Positions 37,252 to 46,979 of a stretch of 64,000 nt of DNA are shown one piece after another. Positions within the stretch are counted from its first letter, which is position 1. Each line of letters starts with the position of its first letter. This stretch comes from a virus: positions 49,660 to 113,659 of IMG/VR virus record IMGVR_UViG_3300027749_000055. One strand, written 5' to 3'. A program made the position numbers and the translations under genes. The notes under the pieces were generated by a model. It worked only from the letters and a program-made list of their open reading frames with translations, did not search any database and had not been told where the DNA came from.

Positions 37252-37691
37252 TCAATCAGCCCCTTGATGTATTTGATTCCCTCGTAGTCGCTGGCAGAGG
37301 CAACGTGCGCCCCAGCGTGTCCTCGGTGATGGAATTGGCACAGCACAACCAGATTTTCGGCGGACTCGACCCACGCCCCTACTTGGTCAGGATTGGAAAC
37401 GCCTGGGTAGTCAATTTCGAGCCACTGAAGGTTGATGTTGTTCTGCAAAGCGAACTCAATATGAGCGTGGTGCAGTTCGAGCGGGTGGTCGAGGTCGCAC
37501 TCTGAAAAATCGCCACGGTGTTTGCCGACGGCGCACTGCCACTTCTCAGGGTCTTTCTTCCACGCCCTGTGAATGTGGTCAAAATCAGCGTAGTGAGGGT
37601 CGTCCTCACGGGCGGGGTGTTCGGGGAAGCGCACCGTGTAGTTGTGCGTCATTTTTTGAATGTGGGCTGGCGTAACTTGCTCGTCAGACAT
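37248..37691 (-). CDS. HNH-like protein
   Basis: C...C...LELHH...NLVVLCQFHH. Confidence 0.55.
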   Translation of the reverse strand: MSDEQVTPAHIQKMTHNYTVRFPEHPAREDDPHYADFDHIHRAWKKDPEKWQCAVGKHRGDFSECDLDHPLELHHAHIEFALQNNINLQWLEIDYPGVSNPDQVGAWVESAENLVVLCQFHHRGHAGAHVASASDYEGIKYIKGLIE

Positions 37692-37933
37692 TATTCCCCC
37701 CTACGCCGAGAGCGGTCTATGTGAGCCTCTAGGCGTTGTGTGGTGGACTCCACGTCGTCCTTGACGGTGTTGAGCGTGTTCATCACTTCCTCACGGAAAT
37801 AAGTCATCTCGTCTTTTGACGGCCCACGCTTCATACGCCACAGTGAAATACCCGTGCTAATTATGGTCAGGACGGCAACCACCGTCTGCCACAACATATA
37901 GGTTCCCGTCGAAACGGAGATATTTCCAAACAT
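37691..37933 (-). CDS. Putative holin / single-TM protein
   Basis: One TM segment plus coiled coil, directly after the endolysin. Confidence 0.5.
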   Translation of the reverse strand: MFGNISVSTGTYMLWQTVVAVLTIISTGISLWRMKRGPSKDEMTYFREEVMNTLNTVKDDVESTTQRLEAHIDRSRRRGE

Positions 37934-39009
37934 CACGCCACCTTCTGTAGTGAAATCGTGTTCATAGCCTGCGCCATTGCCTTGCAATTGTTGGCAAAAA
38001 CCATTGTGTAGCCGTGGTCAATAAAGTAATCCGAGGCGGTTTGGGTCGCAGCCGCCCACGCACCGTCGCCCTTAATACCTAGGCGTTGCTGGTATTTTTC
38101 CAAAGCAGCCTTGGTCTGAACTCCAAACCAGCCGTCGGCGGAACCTTTGGGCAGATAGCCATACTTGACCAGAATGGTTTGAATCTGCGTCACTTTTACA
38201 CCGTGAGAACCCGTGGAATACAGGGGAACGGGGATTTTATTGGTGTCCGACGGGGGCAAGATACCCGCACCCGTCCATTTTTCAAACCAATCCGGCAAGG
38301 CTACTGAAATGTCTGTGTGGTTGTGAGTGCCAGCGGGCAAGCCGACGGACGTGAACTGCCACGCCTGCCAGCCGATATTGACCCACGGGGCGGGAACCTT
38401 CGGCAGCGGGAGGACGCAGACGTTTTTTACCGGCTTGTAGCCGTTTGGATACGCCGGAAGCCAAAGGTCGTAGGGGGCGAAGAACGAAAACTGCGAAGCG
38501 GGGAAGTAGTAGCCGACGTAAATAATCGGCTTGCGACCCGACAGTTGTTGAACGGTCTGAAGCCAGAGCAACGCCCACTGAGCCGTCGCTTCGGGGGAGA
38601 GTTTGGTCACTTCTAGGTCGAGCGCAGGGGGTAACTGACCCTTGGTTCCGCCGTTGTCTACAAAGTAGCGAGCGGACGCAACAGCGTCAGTTCTCCCAGG
38701 CCGTGCAAAGTAATACCCGCCATAAGGCAGACCATATTTTACCGAAGCGGCTACATCGGAGTTCCAAAACCCGTTTACATACGAAGTGCCTTCAGAATTT
38801 TTGATGTAAACGCCCGCAACTCCGGCTTTTTCCATTGCCTTCCAGTCAAAAGGGTGGGCGTTGTTAGAAGAAATGTCCACAAATTGAACCCACGACGCAC
38901 AGGGCGAGGCTGAGGCGGGTTGCGCTAAAGCAACGCTCAAGAACCCGCTCACGGCAAGAATCATTGCAATAGAGATACTGCCAAATTTGCGGAAAAGGGG
39001 GTTCGCCAT
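37933..39009 (-). CDS. Endolysin: GH25 muramidase plus peptidoglycan-binding domain, N-terminal signal peptide
   Basis: VDISSNN, IKNSEG, GGYYFARP, LDLE, WQFTS; GSHG...DGWFG.QT..A...YQ. Confidence 0.9.
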   Translation of the reverse strand: MANPLFRKFGSISIAMILAVSGFLSVALAQPASASPCASWVQFVDISSNNAHPFDWKAMEKAGVAGVYIKNSEGTSYVNGFWNSDVAASVKYGLPYGGYYFARPGRTDAVASARYFVDNGGTKGQLPPALDLEVTKLSPEATAQWALLWLQTVQQLSGRKPIIYVGYYFPASQFSFFAPYDLWLPAYPNGYKPVKNVCVLPLPKVPAPWVNIGWQAWQFTSVGLPAGTHNHTDISVALPDWFEKWTGAGILPPSDTNKIPVPLYSTGSHGVKVTQIQTILVKYGYLPKGSADGWFGVQTKAALEKYQQRLGIKGDGAWAAATQTASDYFIDHGYTMVFANNCKAMAQAMNTISLQKVA

Positions 39010-39039
39010 AGCACAAGGCTACAACGGGTGTCTCAAATT

Positions 39040-39654
39040 CTACTTTTGACTTTGGTTTAGTTCCTTGGCTTTAGCACGTTTCTCACGTTGGCGTTCAGCG
39101 TCTCGGTCTTTCTTCGCACGGTATCTTTGCCGAGCAATCTCCTGCTTACGAAGACGCTTTGCTTCCTGAGCCTCGATAAAGGCTTGCTTTTCTTTTTCGG
39201 GGAGGTTATCCCACTTTTTCAATTCCGTTGCCTTGCGCTTGGCCACGGATTTTACCTTGCGCTCTTTGGTGACTCGACCCCATTCGTCCCAACAGCCACA
39301 ACCACCTTCAGCGAGCGGTATTGGGAACTGACCAGCCTTCAGGTGTGCCCTGTAGCCGTTTGCAGACGGGCAAGTTGGCGGGGTGTAGTTGGCGGGCGTT
39401 TCATTGTCTATGACATTTCCGAGGCGGAAATTGAGCCGTCCACGGAGTCTGTTCCGCTGACGGGCTGACGTGCCACCCCAATATCCCCAGCCCTCGTAAT
39501 GGACTGCCCATTCGAGGCACTCTTTTACGACGGGGCACGTTTGGCAGGCGTGGACAACTTCTTGCAAGACGGGTTCCTCAAAGAACAACCTGCTATCCAT
39601 TGACCGGCAGTTGCCCTTATCCGACCACTCACGAACATCTACAGGCTTCTTCAC
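39040..39654 (-). CDS. whiB: WhiB-family transcription factor with basic C-terminal extension
   Basis: GNC...LFF...CQTCPVVKECLEWA...GYWGGTSARQR. Confidence 0.85.
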   Translation of the reverse strand: MKKPVDVREWSDKGNCRSMDSRLFFEEPVLQEVVHACQTCPVVKECLEWAVHYEGWGYWGGTSARQRNRLRGRLNFRLGNVIDNETPANYTPPTCPSANGYRAHLKAGQFPIPLAEGGCGCWDEWGRVTKERKVKSVAKRKATELKKWDNLPEKEKQAFIEAQEAKRLRKQEIARQRYRAKKDRDAERQREKRAKAKELNQSQK

Positions 39655-39941
39655 TACATTTCCTTGTCGTAGTTGCGCCCCAAGATGAGGCGGATTTTCT
39701 TGGTCTTTCGATTTGTCTTCCACTCGCTTGCAGCAGACAGGTTGTTCTTGATAGCAAACAGATTCAGTTCGTTCTCGGCGGTCGCTTCTTTGACCAAACC
39801 GATTGAGGTGATTTTTGCCACCACCTTCTCGCCGTCTAAGTATTCGACTAGATACGCACTGACCTTGCCCTTATGCCGTGCGCTGTCTTCTTGACCTACA
39901 TAAAAGTAGCGAGAGACAACGACGGGTTCGTTGTCAGCCAC
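39654..39941 (-). CDS. Hypothetical protein
   Basis: 95 aa, tiles with neighbours. Confidence 0.55.
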   Translation of the reverse strand: MADNEPVVVSRYFYVGQEDSARHKGKVSAYLVEYLDGEKVVAKITSIGLVKEATAENELNLFAIKNNLSAASEWKTNRKTKKIRLILGRNYDKEM

Positions 39942-39943
39942 GA

Positions 39944-40192
39944 TTACTTAGCAATTTTTGTTAGGCGGGCAACTCGATATTCGATTTCGTCGTTCCACGG
40001 CACGACAACGGCGTAACCAAGGTCGGTAAGAAACGTCTCTACAAACAAAGCAAACGCTGGCGTGAACCCGCTTTCGGGAAAGCGACCCACCAAGTCCTTT
40101 TCGTCAATCGTTTCATCAGTAGTCACATACAAGTTGTATGGATTGTGATGAGGCGGAACCGTCAAAATTGCGGTGTGGGTGTGTTCGGTCAT
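39944..40192 (-). CDS. Hypothetical protein
   Basis: 82 aa, GGAGG RBS. Confidence 0.55.
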   Translation of the reverse strand: MTEHTHTAILTVPPHHNPYNLYVTTDETIDEKDLVGRFPESGFTPAFALFVETFLTDLGYAVVVPWNDEIEYRVARLTKIAK

Positions 40193-40261
40193 TACTTCCT
40201 CCTAGTTGCGATGGCACACTTTACTCACACTCGTCAAGGATATGCAAGGCAAACTTTTGAC

Positions 40262-40290
40262 TTGTGGTTGAGTCTCAACCCCGCTATACT
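40262..40290 (+). promoter_or_regulatory. Promoter with palindromic operator
   Basis: TTGTGG-17-TATACT overlapping GGTTGAG-T-CTCAACC (40266-40280). Confidence 0.55.
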
Positions 40291-40315
40291 TGTTGTAGCC
40301 ACTAAGGAGGAACCA

Positions 40316-40717
40316 ATGGCTGACGACAAGAAGATTTTGTTTGCCGCTTACGGCACACTACGCCGTGATGAGCGACTGCACGATTGGTTGAAAGACCACA
40401 TCATTGAAGACAAGGGCTTGGGCACAATTCAATATGGTCGCCTACACTACGGCAACAATCACCGTGCCTACCCATACTTTGTATGGACGGGTCTGCCGTC
40501 GAACAAGGTTGTCTGCGAGGTCTACGAGTTGCCACTCAATGAGCAGATTTACTCAATGCTTCAAATGGAAGTGAACGCTGGCTACTCGCTGTCCGAAGCC
40601 GAGGTTGAGTTGGCGGACGGAACCGTCGTGGACGCTCTTGTATGTTCGTGGAAACACTCCTACGGCGAGCCTGTGCCGGAGAACGATTGGAAGGCTGAGG
40701 AACAGGTATGGCTGTGA
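40316..40717 (+). CDS. Gamma-glutamylcyclotransferase (AIG2-like)
   Basis: FAAYGTLR, YP...VVCEVYE...E...GY. Confidence 0.85.
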   Translation: MADDKKILFAAYGTLRRDERLHDWLKDHIIEDKGLGTIQYGRLHYGNNHRAYPYFVWTGLPSNKVVCEVYELPLNEQIYSMLQMEVNAGYSLSEAEVELADGTVVDALVCSWKHSYGEPVPENDWKAEEQVWL

Positions 40718-41148
40718 ACAAGCGACCCCAAAACTTCTACACAAAGTTGTTGGTTGATAGCGACCACATTTACCTGTCGAAAAAGTATGACCTTGACCTT
40801 GATTTTGTCCGAAGTATGGGCGACACTGATTGGTGTGACTTCTTGAACTGCACCGTTCAAGAACTCGCCTTCCACCTTTTCGAAGACGAAAAGTTTGAGG
40901 ACTTCTTTGACGACGACGAGCGGTTCGAGGGTTCCGTCTTTGATGACGAGCGATACGAGGACGACAGTATGGACGTGCTATTCGAAGACCCCTACCTGCT
41001 TGGCAACGTTGTTGATATTGCGTCACGTCGCAAGCCCGCACCCGTGGCTGCCCCCTATGCTGTGACGGGATTCAATCGAACCCCCGCACCGGCTACGAAG
41101 CCGAAGAAGAAGGAACCCGTGCCTCACCACTTTGAGGTTGTCCGTTAA
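40708..41148 (+). CDS. Hypothetical acidic protein
   Basis: 146 aa, D/E/F-rich middle. Confidence 0.55.
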   Translation: MAVNKRPQNFYTKLLVDSDHIYLSKKYDLDLDFVRSMGDTDWCDFLNCTVQELAFHLFEDEKFEDFFDDDERFEGSVFDDERYEDDSMDVLFEDPYLLGNVVDIASRRKPAPVAAPYAVTGFNRTPAPATKPKKKEPVPHHFEVVR

Positions 41149-41558
41149 TGGAAAACGTCGGCGTAGAACTGACGCTCACTGACGAGCAACGTCAGAAGGC
41201 GACGATATTCAGCGCAGGTTTGGCTCTGGCTGCCTTCGCTCACAACCAGCCCCACCTCCCGTGGGGTGCGGTGGACTATGCGATTCGCTCAGCGATGGTC
41301 GAAATGGGTTCAGACCCTAAGTCTGATTCGTGGGCAACCGACTATCTCGAATACGTCATTTTCTTGCTCACGTCAGGTGGCGGGGAGAAGCCCGAACCGA
41401 ACACGACGCTCTTTACGAAGACGCTGAGCGACTTTGTGAGCCTCGGTGTTGCCTCGACGCTGAATCTTCAGGTAATGCCCGACGTGGCTGTTCTCCCGCC
41501 TGAGGACGAAAACTTCGGCGTTCCGCCGGAGTGGACTAAAGATTCAACTTCCGATTAG
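41148..41558 (+). CDS. Hypothetical protein
   Basis: TAATG coupling. Confidence 0.6.
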   Translation: MENVGVELTLTDEQRQKATIFSAGLALAAFAHNQPHLPWGAVDYAIRSAMVEMGSDPKSDSWATDYLEYVIFLLTSGGGEKPEPNTTLFTKTLSDFVSLGVASTLNLQVMPDVAVLPPEDENFGVPPEWTKDSTSD

Positions 41559-41820
41559 GGATATACAACTTGGCGACATTGGTGGACGCTTCGACAGTCT
41601 TCGTCTCCGCCTCGTAAGCCTCGTCTAGTCCCTCGCACAACTTGGCAATCGTTTCTTCAGGGGATTTTCCCGTCAGTCGTGTAATTACCAGAACGGCACG
41701 GCTCAACATTTCACGCTCGATTGCGTAGACCTTCATCATTGCGTCTACGCCTACCTCGGTAGCGGTTTCTACCACCTCAGCGTCGGTGAGCGGAGTTTCC
41801 ATTTCGGGCTGGTCGGTCAT
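41536..41820 (-). CDS. Hypothetical protein
   Basis: 94 aa. Confidence 0.55.
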   Translation of the reverse strand: MTDQPEMETPLTDAEVVETATEVGVDAMMKVYAIEREMLSRAVLVITRLTGKSPEETIAKLCEGLDEAYEAETKTVEASTNVAKLYIPNRKLNL

Positions 41821-42104
41821 TGGTTCTGGGTTTCCTTTTGTGTATAGATTTCGTAAGCAACTTTGACGGCGGCTCGCAACTGATTTGCAAGGCGGTTCAC
41901 TTCTTCGGTGACTTCAGAGTCAAGGTTTACCCCAATGCCCAAGTCTTCTAATTGCGAAATCAACGCATTCCACATTTTGATTTGAACATTGACGAGTTCA
42001 ATTGAGGTTCCGAGGGCTTCCTCGTTGATGATTTCCCACTGTCGGTTAATTGGAAGGTCGTAAAGGTTTACGATGGCGGGCTTGTTACGGCGAAATAATT
42101 TCAC
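41817..42104 (-). CDS. Hypothetical protein
   Basis: 95 aa. Confidence 0.55.
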   Translation of the reverse strand: MKLFRRNKPAIVNLYDLPINRQWEIINEEALGTSIELVNVQIKMWNALISQLEDLGIGVNLDSEVTEEVNRLANQLRAAVKVAYEIYTQKETQNQ

Positions 42105-42116
42105 AACTCAACCTTA

Positions 42117-43082
42117 CTATGCTAAAAACAAGCGCAACTGACGTTCTTGCGGTTGTGGGATTTCTTCCACGACCCCTTTGACGGGACGAGTAACGGTAAA
42201 GGCTTGCGCCCGTTCTTTTGGATACGGCAGGATTTTGTTACGGGATTCGAACTCTCGCCGCAGGATTTTTGTTTCCAATTTGTTCGCCCCCAGAACAAGG
42301 GCGTATTTGTGCTTGCTGGGAACGATTATTTTCTCTGCCCCTGCCTGCACTTCTTTGCTCTTTGCCCGCAATGCTGACTCGATTTCACTAGGAATGTTCT
42401 CCCACAACATTCCGGTATCGGAAGTCCAATTTGATTGCCACGAATAGCCAAGTTCTTTGGCATATTTTCTGTAGGCACTGCGCTGACGGAAGAATCGGTC
42501 AGACACAACCTTGCCGGAGTAGGGGTTGATGTGTCGAGTAGTGGTTCCCGACCCCTGCCCCAAGTAATAAAAGTTGCAGGCTTGGTAAATTGTTCCAAGT
42601 TCCCGTGCCATTGGGTCGGAATAGGCAGTGAAAAGACGAAACTGGGTGTTTTTCACTGCCCAGCGGGTCGCCCACATCATAAAAGAACTCGCCAAATTCT
42701 TCGGACTCCACGAAATGCAAGCCCCCCGTGAAATAAGACGTTCGAGTTCCGGCGTTTTTTCACCGAGAAGCGTCGAGAAGGCGTTGGGGAGATTCATCAG
42801 GATTACACCAGCCAACACGGTGTCGTGATACGCCCCGAACCAATGCGTCGTGTATTGCGAGAGGTTGCCGAGCCATTCGTGTCGCTTGATGAACTCCGTG
42901 GCTTCAGCCCGCCCCATAGCGTCGTTAATTGTCCTGAACTCGAAGTCGGCAACGGTCAGATTTTCCACATACTCCCGTGTAAAACCGGACATAACGAGGT
43001 CGTCCTCAGCGTTGCGTAAGCGTATGTCGTATTGCCAGCAATGGTCTTTTTCGTAGACCCGCAGTTCCGCTTCAGAACTCAC
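42117..43082 (-). CDS. Mom-like GNAT DNA adenine-modification protein
   Basis: FIKRHEWLG, RLISRG...PKNLASSF, TAYSDP...GTIYQACNFYYLG, KHKY; start set to a coupled GTG. Confidence 0.75.
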   Translation of the reverse strand: MSSEAELRVYEKDHCWQYDIRLRNAEDDLVMSGFTREYVENLTVADFEFRTINDAMGRAEATEFIKRHEWLGNLSQYTTHWFGAYHDTVLAGVILMNLPNAFSTLLGEKTPELERLISRGACISWSPKNLASSFMMWATRWAVKNTQFRLFTAYSDPMARELGTIYQACNFYYLGQGSGTTTRHINPYSGKVVSDRFFRQRSAYRKYAKELGYSWQSNWTSDTGMLWENIPSEIESALRAKSKEVQAGAEKIIVPSKHKYALVLGANKLETKILRREFESRNKILPYPKERAQAFTVTRPVKGVVEEIPQPQERQLRLFLA

Positions 43083-43465
43083 AGGTCTTCTACAAATTCG
43101 TCGGGCTTGCCCCAACTCCAACCAAACGGTTCTTTGAGCGAAAATAAAACCAAGATTTGCGCTGTCTCGTCTTGATATTCGCTGCCGATTACTTCGATGG
43201 CGGGCACTTTGCCGAAGTGGGCAATTTCCAAAGCGTCCTCAGGAACCTTGTCACCGGAAAAACTGATACCCAACGGTGCGGGTCGAATGGGTAGGTATTG
43301 AAATTCGTCCCAATCGTCCTCGCTCTCCCAGCCAGCCTTAGCCGCAAGATTTTCTGCCGTCTCGGTGTCGTGCGCTTCGCCTAGCGTCACCTCATAAACA
43401 ATGAAACCGTCGGCATTTGTTCGCACGACCACGGCGTTTTCGTTTGAGAGGGTTAGATAGTTCAC
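43079..43465 (-). CDS. Hypothetical protein
   Basis: 128 aa. Confidence 0.55.
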   Translation of the reverse strand: MNYLTLSNENAVVVRTNADGFIVYEVTLGEAHDTETAENLAAKAGWESEDDWDEFQYLPIRPAPLGISFSGDKVPEDALEIAHFGKVPAIEVIGSEYQDETAQILVLFSLKEPFGWSWGKPDEFVEDL

Positions 43466-43482
43466 GGTAGAACAATACCAAA

Positions 43483-44085
43483 CTAGAAGTCTTCAAAAGT
43501 TGAGCCCGCAAGCATTTTTTTGAGGTCACGGTGATAGAGGTTCGCACCCAAGCCCTGCTCGACCTCCCAAATCGGAACCAAGTGTCCGAGCGAGCAATAG
43601 AAGCCCACATTCGGAATCTCCGTGTGCGTCCCAAACTCCTTAAAACGTCGAAACCCGTTGGGGCTAAAGGGTCGCTTGCTCTGTTCCTCGATAAACCAAT
43701 TCCGAACTTGCTCGGTGTTCATTATGTATAACTGTTGCGTTTCGTGAAGGTAGTAGAAAAACAGGTCGGATTTTGTTTTCATAAAGCAACCCAAGGTCAT
43801 ATGGAACTCGCTGCTTACTAACTCGAAGGCAAAGTTGTTCGTCTTGTGACCAATGTAGTCCACCTTGACCTCAATGGTCGTGGACGTAATCTCTCCGTTT
43901 TGATTGCGAACCCAGATGAGGTCAATGTCGTCCTCTTTTTGTTGCTGGACGGTTGCTTCGAGAACGTCCACCGTCGAATCGAAAAAGCGGAGGTATTGGC
44001 GTATGGGTTTCATACCCTCGTTTTCCATTTGCTGCGATTTTTGAAACGTACTCCTACCGTAGTCACGTCCGTCAAGACGAGGCAC
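43483..44085 (-). CDS. PD-(D/E)XK endonuclease-like protein
   Basis: DIDLIW...IEVKVD...TNNFAFELVS...GCFMKTKSD. Confidence 0.7.
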   Translation of the reverse strand: MPRLDGRDYGRSTFQKSQQMENEGMKPIRQYLRFFDSTVDVLEATVQQQKEDDIDLIWVRNQNGEITSTTIEVKVDYIGHKTNNFAFELVSSEFHMTLGCFMKTKSDLFFYYLHETQQLYIMNTEQVRNWFIEEQSKRPFSPNGFRRFKEFGTHTEIPNVGFYCSLGHLVPIWEVEQGLGANLYHRDLKKMLAGSTFEDF

Positions 44086-44380
44086 AGATATCTCCTATTG
44101 CTTGGACAACCTCTTTGGGAACCTTCTTGACCGCCGACATAATCGTCGTGTGGTTGCGTCCGGCGACAAGCCCAATGGTCGAATACGACATACGGCAATG
44201 CTCACGCAGACACGCCCAATAAAGATGACGTGCCTTCATTAGATATGAGTAGCGACGGTCACTGAGAATTTCCTGCTCACTGATTCCCGTCGAAGCGACT
44301 ACAACTGAGAGGACTTTCTGTGCAGTAACTTCTCCGCTCTTCGCCCACTTACGGACAACGGCGTGTGGGTCTGTTTTCAT
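44072..44380 (-). CDS. DnaA C-terminal-like HTH protein
   Basis: ILSDRR...KARH...MSYSTIG...GRNHTTIMSAVKK. Confidence 0.8.
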   Translation of the reverse strand: MKTDPHAVVRKWAKSGEVTAQKVLSVVVASTGISEQEILSDRRYSYLMKARHLYWACLREHCRMSYSTIGLVAGRNHTTIMSAVKKVPKEVVQAIGDICASS

Positions 44381-44609
44381 TCGCCCGACAATAGCAGTGG
44401 TGACAGTGGCGAGTAAAGAGTGTGTTCGAGATGTTCGTGGTTGATAATCGTCACAATTCCTTCTTGCCAGCACCGCTTCTCAATCGCACCGCAGTTCTTC
44501 ACCTTCCACGCAATTTCTTCAAGGGCAAACGGAATCGCCGCTTCGAGGTCGGGTGCTTCAATGTGTAGGTCACGGGTGCGCCCATTCCAACGGGCAGCAA
44601 CACGCCACA

Positions 44610-44858
44610 TCATTTTTTTGCCTTGCTCTCTCGACACAGTTCGAGGCTGGAGTAAATGAATGAAAGTCCAATTACCCAAGCGATATACACGACGGCGAAC
44701 TCCCAGAAGAAGTTGTAGTTGGGGTGTTCGGGGTGGGTCGGATAAACGTTCAACACAATCACAGACAAGAACGTCAGCATTGTCGCTGCAAAAGCGTGAC
44801 GGTGAGTCATTCGAGCCTTGGCATTAAATCGGTGACGGCGGTGTTTCGGTTGTTGCAC
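44610..44858 (-). CDS. Small membrane protein
   Basis: Two TM segments, AAGGAGG RBS. Confidence 0.55.
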   Translation of the reverse strand: MQQPKHRRHRFNAKARMTHRHAFAATMLTFLSVIVLNVYPTHPEHPNYNFFWEFAVVYIAWVIGLSFIYSSLELCRESKAKK

Positions 44859-45050
44859 GGTTCCTCCTTATGAACGCTTCGTGTGCGTTCAATAGTTTTC
44901 CATATCAACGGGGGTTGCGTCAAGTAGCAGGAGAATCACCAATAAACACAAGGGTTTCCAAAGTTTCTCAAATTTCTTAGAAATTGACTTGACTTGTGTA
45001 GGGGGGTTGTGTGTAGAATGGAAATCGTTGGAATACAAGGAGGAAACCAA

Positions 45051-46142
45051 ATGCCAACTAACATCAACCGACCTAGCACTTACGGAACGAGCAACATCTC
45101 TCGTAGCCGTCTTGCGACTATCCGCCGTCAGGACGAAGCACTGCGTCTCCGTCGTAGCGGTATGACTTATGTGGAGATTGCTCGTCAGTTGGGCTTCACA
45201 CCCAACGGCGTTGCTCGTCCGCAATCTGCGGCTGAGGCTGTTCGTGCTGCAGAGCGTCGTCAGCGTATTGCAAACAGCAACACCGCAGTTCAGACCGTTG
45301 CTAACGCTACGGCAATCACCACTGACGGACTCTCGACTCGCACCTTCGGGTTCGAGGCTGAGTTCTTCAACATCACCCCCAGCGTTGCGCTTCGTGCGCT
45401 CGCTGACGTTGGTATCACCGCCTCATTCGAGGGCTACACCCACCGTAACGTTCACATTTGGAAGTGTGTGACCGACGCTTCGGTGACTCGCACGGGCACG
45501 GGTGAGGGTGCGGGCTTGGAGTTGGTTAGCCCCATTCTCCGTGGTCGTGACGGCTTGGAGTGGGCTGCGAAGGCTCTCGACGCTCTCCGTGGTGCTGGCG
45601 CAAAGATAGACCGCACCTGCGGTATGCACGTTCACGTCGGTATGGACGGTCTGACGGGTATGGAGATGATGAAGATTGTGGACACCTACGTCGCCAATCA
45701 AACGAACATCAACCGCATTGTCTCCCGTAGTCGTCACAACAACGACTACTGCCTGCCCTTCAATGAGGTTCACGCACCCTCGACGCAATACCGTCCGAAC
45801 AACTACGAAGCACTCCGTGGTGCGAACACGGCAACTGCCACGACCCGCCTCAGCGGTGTTCTGTCATCTGCGCCTCGCTACCGTGTCGTGAATCTCACGT
45901 CTTACGGCAAGTATGGAACCTTAGAGTTCCGTCAGCACCAAGGCACGTTGAACGGCAAGAAGGGCACGGCGTGGATTGAGTTTTTGCTCGGTCTTGTCGA
46001 GACTTCGGTTGCGTCCAACCCCGTGAACGCCTACGCCTCGGTCTACGAGATGATAACGGCTTTGGGTGTGAGCAACACCACCGCTCGCTATCTCGTTCGT
46101 CGTGAGTCTCAGTTGAATCCCGAACCGATGGTGGTCGCCTAA
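45051..46142 (+). CDS. Phage amidoligase (COOH-NH2 ligase) with N-terminal HTH
   Basis: TFGFEAEF, WKCVTDAS, ELVSPIL, CGMHVHVG, RY..VNL, TLEFRQHQGT; AAGGAGG RBS. Confidence 0.88.
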   Translation: MPTNINRPSTYGTSNISRSRLATIRRQDEALRLRRSGMTYVEIARQLGFTPNGVARPQSAAEAVRAAERRQRIANSNTAVQTVANATAITTDGLSTRTFGFEAEFFNITPSVALRALADVGITASFEGYTHRNVHIWKCVTDASVTRTGTGEGAGLELVSPILRGRDGLEWAAKALDALRGAGAKIDRTCGMHVHVGMDGLTGMEMMKIVDTYVANQTNINRIVSRSRHNNDYCLPFNEVHAPSTQYRPNNYEALRGANTATATTRLSGVLSSAPRYRVVNLTSYGKYGTLEFRQHQGTLNGKKGTAWIEFLLGLVETSVASNPVNAYASVYEMITALGVSNTTARYLVRRESQLNPEPMVVA

Positions 46143-46154
46143 CAGGATTTTCTT

Positions 46155-46195
46155 CCTCACTCGTCAGGCTTAGGTTTGACGAGTGAGGGGTTTAT
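46155..46195 (+). terminator. Hairpin / terminator
   Basis: cctcactcgtca / tgacgagtgagg stem followed by ttt. Confidence 0.5.
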
Positions 46196-46235
46196 CAAGT
46201 ATCATTTATTAAGCACAGTTCATAAGGAGGACATT

Positions 46236-46979
46236 ATGTGTGGTATTGCAGGATTTTGTCTCAGTGCAGACGAACACATCAACGCTCGCAAAGTCAGTAT
46301 GGCATTGCTAAAGCAAATCAAGAGCCGTGGCACGGACGCTACGGGTGCAGCGTGGGTTACGCCCGCCAACAAAGAGAAGGGCACTAGGGCGACCATTGCG
46401 GTCAGCAAAGCCCCCGTTCCCGCAACCTTGTTCGACCCCTACATTGCGAAAATGCCCGCCAAGGCTCGACGTGTGATTCTTCACACTCGATACGCAACGC
46501 AGGGTAGTCCGCTCAACAACTTGAACAATCACCCGATTGTTTCAGGAAAGATTGTGGGCGTTCACAACGGACACCTAAACAATGACGACGACGTGTTCTC
46601 GTATTTTGATGAGTTTCGTAAGGGTCAAGTAGACAGTGAGGCTGCGTTTGCATTGCTCAACCGAACCACGTTCCACCCTACGCAAGTCCTCAACTCCCTA
46701 GAGGGTCGTGCTTCGCTGGCGTGGCTCGACGGTCGGGACAAGCGAGACTTGCAACTCGCCCGTGTCTCCGGCTCACCGCTCGCTATTGGTGGCACTACTA
46801 AAGGTTCGCTGTTTTTCGCCTCAACGCTTCCGCTTCTCGCAGCCGCCTGTGCCGAAGCGAAAGTTCAACTTGCGTGGATTGAAGAACTTGACGAGGGCAC
46901 TTACCTGCGGATTCGTAACGGCGAGATTACCGAGTTCGAGTCAATCGGTGAATCGAAGAAGACGTTGGTGGCTGTATGA
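46236..46979 (+). CDS. Class II glutamine amidotransferase
   Basis: MCGIAG, RGTDATG, HTRYATQG, NNHP, HNG, VDSE. Confidence 0.9.
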   Translation: MCGIAGFCLSADEHINARKVSMALLKQIKSRGTDATGAAWVTPANKEKGTRATIAVSKAPVPATLFDPYIAKMPAKARRVILHTRYATQGSPLNNLNNHPIVSGKIVGVHNGHLNNDDDVFSYFDEFRKGQVDSEAAFALLNRTTFHPTQVLNSLEGRASLAWLDGRDKRDLQLARVSGSPLAIGGTTKGSLFFASTLPLLAAACAEAKVQLAWIEELDEGTYLRIRNGEITEFESIGESKKTLVAV

